Below, one piece after another: positions 28,462 through 38,814 of a stretch of 64,000 nucleotides of DNA. The DNA comes from a virus, in IMG/VR virus record IMGVR_UViG_3300032050_009888, positions 1 through 64,000 of that record, one strand, 5' to 3'. The position numbers and the translations under genes are program-made. Below the pieces are notes generated by a model. The model worked only from the letters and a program-made list of their open reading frames with translations, was not told where the DNA came from and did not search any database. Position 1 is the first letter of the stretch. Each line of letters opens with the position of its first letter.

Positions 28462-30066
28462 ATGCCAAATTGGAAAAAAGTCATAGTATCAGGGTCGGAT
28501 GCTACCCTAAACTCATTATTAGTAACAAATGCTGTAACAGCGTCAATTTTTTCAGGATCACAATTTACAGGAAGTTTTTATGGAACTGCAAGTTGGTCTC
28601 AAAACACTATAACTGCTAGTGTAGTTAGTTTGCAAAATGTTTTAAATTATGATAGAGCATTAACTAACCATAATAATTTTCAAGGATCACAATCAGGTGT
28701 AGGTATATCCTCAGGAAATAATATTAATGCTTTTGGTCAACAAGCAGCTTACTCAGCATCAGGAAACCATATTAATGCTTTTGGTTTCCAAGCTGCTAGT
28801 GGAAGTACAGGTAATGATGTTATAGCTATTGGTAGACAAGCAGCTTTTGGAAACACTCAACAAGCTAATATAGCTATAGGAATACAATCCGCACAATACA
28901 ACTCAGGAATTGGTGTAATAGCTATAGGGGTAAATGCATTAAGCCCTTTATCAACTGTAGGAAATTCAAAAAACTTTGCAATAGCTATAGGATATTTAGC
29001 TGCTGGTAATACTAATACTATAAATAATATAGTTGCTATAGGAATACAAGCTGGTCAAAGTAATTTTGGAAACGGTACCAATTGGAATGTTATAGGATAT
29101 CAAGCAGCATACCAAAGTTCTGGTAGTTATATTAATGCTATAGGTCAATTTGCTGGTGCTAATAATTCTGGTGATTGTCAAGATTGGAATGTTTTAGGAG
29201 CTGATGCTGGTAGATATTCTATAGGTAGTAATATTAATGCTTTTGGTAGAGAAGCATTTTATCAAAGTGAAAACCCATTTGGTGATAATACAAGAGTAGT
29301 TAATGCTTTTGGATTCAGAGCAGCTAAACAAAGCCAAGGATCAGGCATAAACGCTATGGGATTTGCTGCGTCTCAATTAAACACAGGTAGCCATGTTAAT
29401 GCTTTTGGTTTTGGAGCAGCATACAATAATAAGAAAAATTTTGTTAATGCTATAGGATACCAATCCGCATACCAAAACTCAGGCAGTGATATTAATGCTT
29501 TAGGAAATCAAGCAGCTTATTTAAATACAGGCAGTTACGTTGATGCTATAGGTAGCCAAGCAGGAAAAAATAACTCAGGAGATAATGTTATAGCTATAGG
29601 ACGTGATGCCGCTTATCCTAATGCTGGATCTCAACTGGTTGCTATAGGTAGACAAGCAGCATATAATAATACAGGAAACAATGTTACAGCTTTAGGATAC
29701 AGTGTAGCTTACCAAAACAGTGGAAATAATATTAATATTATAGGTAACAGTGCCGCTTACCAAAATACTGGGGATAATGTTAGTGCTATAGGTAATAGCG
29801 CAGCAGTATACAACTCAGGATCAAATGTTGTAGCTATAGGAGAGAACGCAGCTCAATACAACTCAGGATCAAATGTTATAGCATTAGGTGCTAACTCAGC
29901 TCAAAATAATCCTAGATCAAATTCATTTATAATTAGTAACAGTGTTCTTCCAACATATTCAGATTATTCTACAGCATACGCTGACATATCAACTGATGGA
30001 ATAGCTGGAAATACTTATTTATACCATGATCAGAGCACAAATTCAATTGGAGCAGTAAGATTATAA
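28462..30066 (+). CDS. Fibre/adhesin with 14-residue beta-roll (YadA-head-like) repeats
   Basis: Many NAxGxxAAYxNSGxx units. N-terminus MPNWKKVIVSGS. Confidence 0.75.
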   Translation: MPNWKKVIVSGSDATLNSLLVTNAVTASIFSGSQFTGSFYGTASWSQNTITASVVSLQNVLNYDRALTNHNNFQGSQSGVGISSGNNINAFGQQAAYSASGNHINAFGFQAASGSTGNDVIAIGRQAAFGNTQQANIAIGIQSAQYNSGIGVIAIGVNALSPLSTVGNSKNFAIAIGYLAAGNTNTINNIVAIGIQAGQSNFGNGTNWNVIGYQAAYQSSGSYINAIGQFAGANNSGDCQDWNVLGADAGRYSIGSNINAFGREAFYQSENPFGDNTRVVNAFGFRAAKQSQGSGINAMGFAASQLNTGSHVNAFGFGAAYNNKKNFVNAIGYQSAYQNSGSDINALGNQAAYLNTGSYVDAIGSQAGKNNSGDNVIAIGRDAAYPNAGSQLVAIGRQAAYNNTGNNVTALGYSVAYQNSGNNINIIGNSAAYQNTGDNVSAIGNSAAVYNSGSNVVAIGENAAQYNSGSNVIALGANSAQNNPRSNSFIISNSVLPTYSDYSTAYADISTDGIAGNTYLYHDQSTNSIGAVRL

Positions 30067-30067
30067 G

Positions 30068-30772
30068 ATGGCTGGATATAGTAAAAGTGTAATATCTAAA
30101 ATAGTAGCAAACAATGCTATTAGCGCTTCTTATGCTTTATCATCCTCTTATGCTCAAAATGCTTCTAATGGTAAAGGAACTTTTAGTGGTTCATTCACAG
30201 GCTCATTTACAGGTAATTTATTAGGCACAGCTAGTCAAGCTTTAACAGCTTCATATGTTCCTTTACTAGCAGGACCTAATATTACTATTAACTACCAATC
30301 AAATGGTATAGCTATTACCGGATCATCAGCCGGAGTTGGAACCCCAGGTGGCTCAAACACCCAAATCCAATTTAACTCAGCCTCAGTATTTAGTGGTTCA
30401 TCAAATTTAGCTTTTGATTATACTAATAATAATCTATTATTAACTGGATCTTTTACATTAAATCAAACATTAACTTATTTTTCCTCTGTTACATCTTCTG
30501 TGTCTGGTGATAATAATTTATTTATACTAAACACAGGTTCTTATACCTCAGCTTTTGGAAAATATACTTTATATAGTAGTTCAAATGCCAGAGCAGGAGA
30601 ATTTACAACAACATGGAATGGAGGAACAGTTAGATATTTTGATAATTCAACTACAGATATAGGAGATACTTCAACTATAATATTTTACTCAAGTATATCC
30701 TCAGGACAAATATATATAATATTTAGTGGAGGAACAGGTTGGACAGTTAAAATGTTAACAACCTTTATTTAA
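30068..30772 (+). CDS. Fibre/decoration protein, paralog of 5681..6271
   Basis: Shared GGSNTQIQFNS and SSNARAG...TTDIGDT domains. Confidence 0.65.
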   Translation: MAGYSKSVISKIVANNAISASYALSSSYAQNASNGKGTFSGSFTGSFTGNLLGTASQALTASYVPLLAGPNITINYQSNGIAITGSSAGVGTPGGSNTQIQFNSASVFSGSSNLAFDYTNNNLLLTGSFTLNQTLTYFSSVTSSVSGDNNLFILNTGSYTSAFGKYTLYSSSNARAGEFTTTWNGGTVRYFDNSTTDIGDTSTIIFYSSISSGQIYIIFSGGTGWTVKMLTTFI

Positions 30773-30788
30773 ACAATATTTATAACAT

Positions 30789-33700
30789 ATGGCAATATTT
30801 TACGCAAATAGTGGTAGTTTTGATGTTTTAAATGTTACAGGTAGTTTATATGTATCTGGTACATTTACTGCAACTCAAGGTTTATATATAGATAATTTAA
30901 TTACAGTAGGATTACCAAGTAGTAGTACTCAATTCAATTCAATTAAAGCCGCGGTAGATAGTATTATAGATGCTACTGCTTTTAATACATATACAGTTGA
31001 GGTAGCACCAGGTGTTTATATTGAAGATACAATTACTGTACCTTCTTATGTAGCAGTTAGAGGAGATAGTTCTATATCAACAATAGTATCCGCCTCAAAT
31101 CCTAATAATGGAGTATTCATATTAAGTGATCAATCAATGATCATTGATATGCAAATACAAGGTTCAACAGGTACAGGAGCAACAGCTGTATTATATTCAT
31201 CAGCGACTACACCTCAACTTAACGCTATTTCTTATGTTGAAAATGTAAGATTTGGTTCAAATTATACCAATGCTAAAGTATTAGGTGTACCTGGTGGTAA
31301 TTGTATTATGCAATGCTCAAATGTAAAATACGGTGGCGCTACAGAAAATAATAAATCTTTTGATATTGGATTCCAAGTAACAGGGTCAGGAGGCGGTATT
31401 GGTAGAATGCAGTTACGAAATGTAACTTCTACTAATGGTGGTATTACAGGATCAGCAGATCAAATATTTGCTTTAGCAGATGCTCCAGGTTGTACATTTA
31501 TTGTAAATGGTTGTTTGTTAACTAAAGCAGTTGGTTCTACTTTAGGTACTGGATTTAAAGTTTATAATGGAGGTCAATTACGATTAACAGGTGTTAATTT
31601 TCAAAGATGGGCCAAAGGTATTTGGGCACCACAAACAGGATCAGCTCCTTCCATTGATGCAATCGCTCTTAACTTTGAAAATTGTACTTTAGATGTAGCA
31701 ATTGAACATTCTGGATCAACTGGTAAGATTCAAGGAACAGATACTTTTCTAAAAACACAAATTAATTTAAGTGCTTCCTTATATGAAGTAGGACAAGATC
31801 CACGAATTATTACAGTTGGTACAAAAGGCGCAGACTTTACTTCTATTAGTGCTTCTGTAGCATATATTACAGATTCAGCAGCGAATAACAGATATGTTAT
31901 TCAAGTTGGACCAGGTCAATTTATAGAAAAAGAAATTAATTTAGTAGGTAAACCATATGTAAGTATTGTTGGTAGTAGTATTCAAACTACTCAAATCTTC
32001 CCAAGCTCATCAAATCAGCATTTGATTAAAATGGGAGTAAATAATGAAGTGTCATTTTTATCATTAACAAATGCTCCAACCGGATACTCAGCTTTATATG
32101 TTGATGATGTTGGTGATTTTGCTCAAGCACATAAATTATCTTTTTATGATTGTGATACTTGTATTACAGTTATATCAAGAACTCAAGACACTAAATTTTA
32201 TGGTGAGTATATAGACTTTAATGGTATTTATAGAACAGGTAGTTTTGTTAGTTCATCTAATGGTTTTCAATCACTTGCAAGTTTAGAAAACTATTATCAA
32301 TTCCCAGTTAGCGCCCCAGGTCTAATAGGAAATTATGGTACTGGAAATGTAGCAGAAATTGATATTTATACTGCTGGATTAATAGGAGAAGGCGATACTA
32401 ACTCAGTCGCTATACGATTAGAAAATGGAGCAGATCTGCAAGGTACTGCTATGGACATACCAGCTTGGGGATACGCAGTATATATTCCAGCTGCTAGCTC
32501 TGCTAGCTTTAATATTGTTGGTACTATGATTCATGATTCAGTGAATCTAGATTTTAATATATTACATCCAAGTGCATCTTGTAGATTCCAAGGTACAGCA
32601 GATCATACTAAAATCACTAATGCTAGCCCTAATTTTTATTGGACATTCTTAGATGAAACTGATGGTGAACTTGATATAACAAGAAACTTAGCTGTAACAT
32701 TTGCAGATGGAACTCACACTGATGCCTCAACCTTAATCTTCCGTGGTAGTCCAATGGGAGTTATGCAAGGAGGTGTAATAACAACTTCATCAGCTAACCC
32801 AAATGCTTTAGAAATTGATATAACTGGAGGATTTGGATATTTAGAAACTGCAACACAAGGAGTTTATAAGAGAGTAGATTTTAATGAGTTTCCTGGTTTT
32901 ACTGATTTAACTGATGACTCAGAAAATTATATTTCTGTGGATAAAGATGGTAACATAAAATCAAATTCAACTGAACCAGATAATATCACTGAAATAATAT
33001 TAGGTAGAATATACGCAGCTGGTGGAAGAGTTCAATTTGTAGATCAAAGTCCACGTAATGCTTCACACACAACAAACTTATTATCTACTTTTAATAGAAC
33101 CGCATTAGGACCTGTATTTACTCAAGGAAGTACAGTTACTGCTAATGGAGGAAATAAATTAGATGTATCAAGTGATGGTATTTACTTTTTTGGTGAAAAT
33201 CAATTTAATCCTACTGGTGGAACAACAATAACTTTTGACAGATATTATAGAGATACAGGTCAATCAGATAGTTGGGCTAGACAAGCTACAGATACTGTTC
33301 CGATTAATCAATGGGATTCTGGTTCTAATGCTTTAGTTGCTTTGTCAGCTTCTTATTATACTAAACATACTTTATATTTAATTGGTGATGGAGCAGAAGA
33401 AAAATATTTTTTAGTAACAGGACAACAGCAATTTTCATCATTAGTTTCAGCAGAAAGCTCGGATTTAGCAACTCCACCAAACTTTTTTGTAGATGGTGTA
33501 GTGCCATTAGCAGCAGTTTATGTTCAGTCAGGATCAGGAATAACACAAATAGAAGATATAAGACCAATTATTGGTTTTAGAGCAGGTGGAGTGAACGCAG
33601 CCTCATTCCATGGTAATTTGCTAGGATTAGCTAACGATGATCACTTACAATATCTTTTAGTTAATGGTACTCGAGCTATGAGTGGTCCATTAACTGCTTC

Positions 33701-35537
33701 TATTGTTAGTGCTTCATCAGGATTCATAGGTAATTTAACAGGAACCGCATCTACCGCTTCTTTTGTAACATCATCTAATGTGTACGGACCACATGGTGGA
33801 AACTCAGTATTATCATCATCATTTGCAGTATCTGCTTCTTGGGCTCCAGGTGGTAGCGGAGCAATAATTAATAACAATACTGACAATTATGTAGTCACAG
33901 CTACAGGTACTGCTAATACATTAAATGGTGAAGTTAATTTACAATTTAATGGCTCAACATTAACTATAGTTGGTAATGTGACTGCGTCTTCATTTACTGG
34001 TTCTTTACAGGGAACTGCATCTTATGTAACCGGTTCAGTATTTGGATCAGGAAATCCTGCATTATCAGCATCATATGCTTTATCAGCCTCATATGTAACA
34101 GGATCAATATTTACATCAACAAATCCAGCATTATCAGCATCATATGCTTTATCAGCTTCATACGCTCCTGGTAGTGGTGTAACTATTAACAATAATACTA
34201 ACAATAACTTATTAACTGCTACTGGCAACGCTAATGAAGTAAATGGTGAAGCCAATTTAACATTTGATGGCACTCTATTATCTTTAACTGGTAGGGCTAA
34301 CATATCAACATCTGTAACTGCGTCTTCATTTACTGGATCATTTGTTGGAAATGGCTCAGGATTAACAGGAGTATCAGCAACCGCAGCTCCTGCTGGTCCA
34401 CCTAACGCTATACAATTTAATGATGCGGGAACAGTATCCGGATCAGGTAATTTTACATTTAACAAAACAACAAATAGTGTAGATATAACAGGAAGTTTAT
34501 CTGGTTCTTTCTTAACAAGAGGTTTAAGATTTGGAGAAGTAACAGATACACCTGGTACCACACAAAATGATTACTCGCCAACTGGATGGAATGATGGTGA
34601 TCCTAATATGGCTACTACTATTAATATTAGTGGTAGCACAGACATAAAAATAACTGGTCTAGCTGGAGGAACAGCAGGAAGAGTAGCTGTATTAAAAAAT
34701 ACATCTGTTTCCTTTTTAGTTCTTCTAGAAGACGACTCAGCATCTTCTACAGCAGCAAATAGATTTGACTTTAGAAATCCAATTTTCTTGTTACCTAATG
34801 CTAGTATAACTTTAGTCTATGATAATCATAGTCAAAGATGGGAACCTATAGCGGCATCAGGTGGTATAGGTTATGGAGCTTTCTTTAATCAACAAGAAGA
34901 ATTTTTAGGTTCAATTGGTCAGTGGGGATCAGCAGTCAATGGAACCGGTGCTTCTGTTCAGATTAGTACCTACTTACAAAATACTACTGAAAAACCATTA
35001 GGTATGTGGCAAGCTGATACTGGTACAACAAATGCTGGTAGAGCACATATTGGATCACCTCAAGCAACATCAGTATTTCCTACTTTAGGTCAAGGAATTT
35101 GTTTAGCTCGTTTAGCAGTTGAGGCATTATCCAGCGTCACTGACAGGTACCAAATTTTCTTTGGATGGCATGATGCTGTAGGTGCTACAAACGTAACTGA
35201 TGGTGTATATTGGTTATATGATGATGCTGCCTCAATCGCTTGGCAAGGGGCAACAGCTAATAACTCTGTTAGAACAACAACCGGAGCAGCTGGGCCAACA
35301 GTAGATGTTAACTATATTTGGTTAGGAATTTATGTTAATAGTAGTTGGACTAGAGCTACATATTTTTATTCAAATGATAGTATAACATGGACTATTGCTG
35401 GTTCACAAACTACCAACTTACCTACATTAGCTAGAAACACAGGATTTGGAGTAACAATTAATAAAACAATTGGAACTACTGTAAGAAACGTTTCTATAGA
35501 TTTTCTAGCTAATAGATATGATATTACTAGAGGATAA
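30789..35537 (+). CDS. Large fibre/tailspike with tandem pectin-lyase-like beta-helices
   Basis: Two ITVG...F.SI.A.V..I.D...N.Y.(V/I).V.PG..IE starts, followed by fibre modules. Confidence 0.7.
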   Translation: MAIFYANSGSFDVLNVTGSLYVSGTFTATQGLYIDNLITVGLPSSSTQFNSIKAAVDSIIDATAFNTYTVEVAPGVYIEDTITVPSYVAVRGDSSISTIVSASNPNNGVFILSDQSMIIDMQIQGSTGTGATAVLYSSATTPQLNAISYVENVRFGSNYTNAKVLGVPGGNCIMQCSNVKYGGATENNKSFDIGFQVTGSGGGIGRMQLRNVTSTNGGITGSADQIFALADAPGCTFIVNGCLLTKAVGSTLGTGFKVYNGGQLRLTGVNFQRWAKGIWAPQTGSAPSIDAIALNFENCTLDVAIEHSGSTGKIQGTDTFLKTQINLSASLYEVGQDPRIITVGTKGADFTSISASVAYITDSAANNRYVIQVGPGQFIEKEINLVGKPYVSIVGSSIQTTQIFPSSSNQHLIKMGVNNEVSFLSLTNAPTGYSALYVDDVGDFAQAHKLSFYDCDTCITVISRTQDTKFYGEYIDFNGIYRTGSFVSSSNGFQSLASLENYYQFPVSAPGLIGNYGTGNVAEIDIYTAGLIGEGDTNSVAIRLENGADLQGTAMDIPAWGYAVYIPAASSASFNIVGTMIHDSVNLDFNILHPSASCRFQGTADHTKITNASPNFYWTFLDETDGELDITRNLAVTFADGTHTDASTLIFRGSPMGVMQGGVITTSSANPNALEIDITGGFGYLETATQGVYKRVDFNEFPGFTDLTDDSENYISVDKDGNIKSNSTEPDNITEIILGRIYAAGGRVQFVDQSPRNASHTTNLLSTFNRTALGPVFTQGSTVTANGGNKLDVSSDGIYFFGENQFNPTGGTTITFDRYYRDTGQSDSWARQATDTVPINQWDSGSNALVALSASYYTKHTLYLIGDGAEEKYFLVTGQQQFSSLVSAESSDLATPPNFFVDGVVPLAAVYVQSGSGITQIEDIRPIIGFRAGGVNAASFHGNLLGLANDDHLQYLLVNGTRAMSGPLTASIVSASSGFIGNLTGTASTASFVTSSNVYGPHGGNSVLSSSFAVSASWAPGGSGAIINNNTDNYVVTATGTANTLNGEVNLQFNGSTLTIVGNVTASSFTGSLQGTASYVTGSVFGSGNPALSASYALSASYVTGSIFTSTNPALSASYALSASYAPGSGVTINNNTNNNLLTATGNANEVNGEANLTFDGTLLSLTGRANISTSVTASSFTGSFVGNGSGLTGVSATAAPAGPPNAIQFNDAGTVSGSGNFTFNKTTNSVDITGSLSGSFLTRGLRFGEVTDTPGTTQNDYSPTGWNDGDPNMATTINISGSTDIKITGLAGGTAGRVAVLKNTSVSFLVLLEDDSASSTAANRFDFRNPIFLLPNASITLVYDNHSQRWEPIAASGGIGYGAFFNQQEEFLGSIGQWGSAVNGTGASVQISTYLQNTTEKPLGMWQADTGTTNAGRAHIGSPQATSVFPTLGQGICLARLAVEALSSVTDRYQIFFGWHDAVGATNVTDGVYWLYDDAASIAWQGATANNSVRTTTGAAGPTVDVNYIWLGIYVNSSWTRATYFYSNDSITWTIAGSQTTNLPTLARNTGFGVTINKTIGTTVRNVSIDFLANRYDITRG
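34017..34161 (+). repeat. 69-bp tandem intragenic repeat (ASYVTGSxFxSxNPALSASYALS, two copies)
   Basis: GCATTATCAGCATCATATGCTTTATCAGC occurs twice, 69 nt apart. Confidence 0.8.
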
Positions 35538-35579
35538 TATTTAATATTTTTTATTCGTATTTATAGTAAACATCATACT

Positions 35580-36425
35580 ATGAAACACATATTATGGCTT
35601 ATTTTGTTAATAGGCTTTGAAGTAAAAGCACAATTGCCTGGTCCAGTAATTGGCACAGCTGTAGCTATACCAGCAGGATCTTTTAATTGTACCCAATCAA
35701 CATTCCCAGCACCAGTTGGTGTTTCCAATGAAGGTGATCCTGTCACAATGTGTTTTAATTATTATAATGTAGGTCCAATAAATTTAAGTTATTTATTAGT
35801 AAATGGACTATGTGGACCATTTCCACTTTATAATTCCTTAAGTTTTCAAATATTTGATTCAACAGGTACACAGTTTATAACATCTGGTACAATTGTTCCT
35901 ATAGCAAATAATATTACTATTACAAGTCTAACACCTAGTACCTATTATACTATATGTTATACTTGGGTTCCTAATTGCCCACAGTTTTCAGGATGTCCTT
36001 TAATTTATACATCTGCTTTACCAATTGAATTACTTTATTTTAATGGAGAAATAAAGGATAATAATGTTATTTTAAAATGGGCCACAGCTACTGAAACTAA
36101 TGTTGATAAATTTATAATTGAAAAAACTTATGATGCTATTACTTTTACAACTGTAACTGAAATTAAAGTTGAAGGTAATTCTACAAATACAAACTTTTAT
36201 GAGACTATAGACTATAATGAAACTAATGAATTAGTTTACTATAAACTTGTAGAAGTAACAATTGAAGGACAAAGAATAGATCAAAGTATAATAGTTGTAA
36301 ATAGAAAAAATCAAAACATCCCAACTCAAATTTTTGATATAACAGGAAAAGAATTAAATGATTATAAATCTGGTTTTAATATAGTAAGACAAGGAGAAAA
36401 ATATTACAAAATTATAAAGCTATGA
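35580..36425 (+). CDS. Secreted Bacteroidota-type protein with LPIEL Ig-like domain and T9SS CTD-like tail
   Basis: Signal peptide ...EVKA/Q, ALPIELLYFNG...LKWATATETN..F.IEK, C-terminus IFDITGK...G..IV......KIIK. Confidence 0.75.
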   Translation: MKHILWLILLIGFEVKAQLPGPVIGTAVAIPAGSFNCTQSTFPAPVGVSNEGDPVTMCFNYYNVGPINLSYLLVNGLCGPFPLYNSLSFQIFDSTGTQFITSGTIVPIANNITITSLTPSTYYTICYTWVPNCPQFSGCPLIYTSALPIELLYFNGEIKDNNVILKWATATETNVDKFIIEKTYDAITFTTVTEIKVEGNSTNTNFYETIDYNETNELVYYKLVEVTIEGQRIDQSIIVVNRKNQNIPTQIFDITGKELNDYKSGFNIVRQGEKYYKIIKL

Positions 36426-37123
36426 AATCTATAATTATAAGAGTTATACTCTTATTTTTAATAGTTATATTTCCAATAGTTTTAAAAGCACAATTATACG
36501 GACCATCACTTAAATTTGGTACAGGATACACACTTTTACCAAGAGGTGAAAATAACTACCCGGATTACACTTTTTTAGGACCAGGTAACTTGTATGGTGG
36601 AGTTAGTAAGTATAGAACACTAGCATTAGAGTACACATACTATCATGATTATGACTCATATTATAGTGGTTTTCATTATGGATTTACTACTGGTATTTGG
36701 TTAGAAAATTCTAAAAACGGTGTTTTAAATATTAATACATTTGAAAAAAAGTATGAAGAAATAATCTCTATTGGAATACCTTTATTACTTGCTAATAAAC
36801 GTTTTGCCTGGCAAAATCACGCTAGATTTGGTATAATACCTTTTATGGACGTTAAGCAAAAAGCAAGTGAAGATTTTCCTTGGAATGCCCGACCATACCA
36901 TTTAGACTTATATTTTAGTTTTGGGTTTGATAATATAATAAAAAGAACTAGAACAGATGGATGGTCTTGGAGTATTGAAGTAGATAGTCGATATAACATA
37001 TTAAACCACTCATATAAAGGTGATTTAGATAACCAAGTTAAATTATGGAAGATGGGAGTCAAGGTAGGAATATATTATCAGTTTGATTGGTATCATTATC
37101 GTGGTTGGGATAATAATTACTAA
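36422..37123 (+). CDS. Outer-membrane beta-barrel protein (PorT/OMP_b-brl-like)
   Basis: Signal peptide ...VLKA/Q, alternating aromatic strands, ISIGIPLL, terminal GVKVGIYYQF. Confidence 0.6.
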   Translation: MKSIIIRVILLFLIVIFPIVLKAQLYGPSLKFGTGYTLLPRGENNYPDYTFLGPGNLYGGVSKYRTLALEYTYYHDYDSYYSGFHYGFTTGIWLENSKNGVLNINTFEKKYEEIISIGIPLLLANKRFAWQNHARFGIIPFMDVKQKASEDFPWNARPYHLDLYFSFGFDNIIKRTRTDGWSWSIEVDSRYNILNHSYKGDLDNQVKLWKMGVKVGIYYQFDWYHYRGWDNNY

Positions 37124-37154
37124 TTTTATCATATTTATAATAAACTAATATACC

Positions 37155-38300
37155 ATGAACATTCCTATATATCCTGGTTCTTCTTCATTTTACCCTGGAA
37201 TGACTCCATTTGGGTTTTATGACTATGATTATCAATTTCAAATAGATGCTGATAAAGTAGTTACATTTTGTGCTAGAAGATTAGGATATCCTATTATGGA
37301 GGTTGAACTCCAAGATATAAATTTCTATGCTGCTTTTGAAGAAGCAATTACAACTTATGGAAATGAATTATATGCTTTTCAAGTAAGAGATAATTTATTA
37401 AGCGTAATAGGAGCTCCTACAGCTTCAAATATGAATCATGCTATTGTAACTCCATCTTTTACTGGAATCATTAGATTAACTGAACAATATGGAGAAGAAG
37501 CAGGTGTAGGAGGAAATGTAAATTGGTATAGTGGTTCATTTACTACCACAGCTGGAGTTCAAGATTATGATTTTAATTTGTGGGCTATAGAGAATAATGT
37601 AACTGGTGGGATGGAAATTAAAAGAGTATTTTGGGAACCACCACCTGCTGTCAACCAAGTTTACAACTTAAGTATATTCTCAGGCCTAGGAGGTGTACCC
37701 GCGGTTGGTGCTTATGGTCTATTTGGATCAACAGGATTCTTAATGTACCCTACAAGTTTATTACTTCAATCTGCTCAAGCAGTTGAAATGCAAAACCAAA
37801 TTTCTCTAGCAGGATATTCATTTGAATTAATAAATAACAAATTAAGAATATTTCCAATTCCTCCTCATGATGGAGGACATATTTGGTTTCAATATATTTC
37901 TTTAGAAGAAAGAGCAAATAGTATAATTGATAATTCATCACAAGCCCAAGGGTCAGTGACAAATCCTTCAAATGTTAATTTTACTAATCCTGTTTACTCT
38001 CAAATAAACTCAATTGGTCGCCAGTGGATATTTGAATATGTTTTAGCTATATGTAAAGAAATGTTAGGGTATGTTCGTGGAAAATATCAAGCTACAATTC
38101 CTATTCCTAACAGAGAAATATCTTTAAATTCAAATGACTTAATCACAGCAGCCACAGCTGAAAAACAAGCATTACTTGAAAGATTAAGAGGATATTTAGA
38201 TGAAACTTCTCGTCAAGCTTTATTAGCTAGAAAACAAGCAGAAGGTGATTCTACAATGAGTGAACTTGGAAAAGTACCAATGGTAATTTATATAGGATAA
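37155..38300 (+). CDS. Neck protein (T4 gp13-like)
   Basis: RRLGYPIMEVEL, WIFEYVLAICKEMLG..RGKY. Confidence 0.8.
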   Translation: MNIPIYPGSSSFYPGMTPFGFYDYDYQFQIDADKVVTFCARRLGYPIMEVELQDINFYAAFEEAITTYGNELYAFQVRDNLLSVIGAPTASNMNHAIVTPSFTGIIRLTEQYGEEAGVGGNVNWYSGSFTTTAGVQDYDFNLWAIENNVTGGMEIKRVFWEPPPAVNQVYNLSIFSGLGGVPAVGAYGLFGSTGFLMYPTSLLLQSAQAVEMQNQISLAGYSFELINNKLRIFPIPPHDGGHIWFQYISLEERANSIIDNSSQAQGSVTNPSNVNFTNPVYSQINSIGRQWIFEYVLAICKEMLGYVRGKYQATIPIPNREISLNSNDLITAATAEKQALLERLRGYLDETSRQALLARKQAEGDSTMSELGKVPMVIYIG

Positions 38301-38301
38301 A

Positions 38302-38814
38302 ATGGCATTATTCGGCTCTAGTCGTGACGTTTCATTTGTAAGAAGACTCAATAGAGAGTTGATGGGAAATATTATTTCTCAACAATGTGCTTTTTACAAA
38401 TACAAATTAGTTGAAACTAAAATTAACATGTATGGAGAAGCATCTGGTGGAAAAATGTATGATGGTCCTACTTTATTAAATGCTTTAATAACAGTAGGTG
38501 ATAATACAAGCCCAGTAAGTGATTTAGGAGTAGATTTTGATTGGCCTATGACTTTTGCCTTTTTAAGAGATGATTTAGTAGATTCTGGAGTTCATCCTGA
38601 AGTTGGAGATGTGATATTATATCAAGAAAGCTATTGGGAAGTCGACAATACTAACATTACTCAATTTTTTGCTGGTAAAGATCCTGATTATCCTTATAAT
38701 CAAAATCCTTTAAACCCAGGATTAGAAAATTTTGGATATAATGTATCTGTAACTTGTACTTGTCATTATGTTCCTGCTGATAGAGTTAATATTATTAGAA
38801 CTAGATTATTATGA
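38302..38814 (+). CDS. Neck / head-closure protein (T4 gp14-like)
   Basis: NMYGEA, PEVGDVI...YWEV, and position. Confidence 0.7.
   Translation: MALFGSSRDVSFVRRLNRELMGNIISQQCAFYKYKLVETKINMYGEASGGKMYDGPTLLNALITVGDNTSPVSDLGVDFDWPMTFAFLRDDLVDSGVHPEVGDVILYQESYWEVDNTNITQFFAGKDPDYPYNQNPLNPGLENFGYNVSVTCTCHYVPADRVNIIRTRLL

Noticed and set aside
28700-29900. CRISPR-like periodic repeats
   Set aside because: The 42-nt periodicity is a degenerate coding beta-roll repeat, not identical repeats with unique spacers.
6316-35537. Diversity-generating retroelement acting on fibre genes
   Set aside because: No reverse transcriptase in the window. Repeat differences are mostly synonymous rather than adenine-specific, and no non-coding template repeat was seen.
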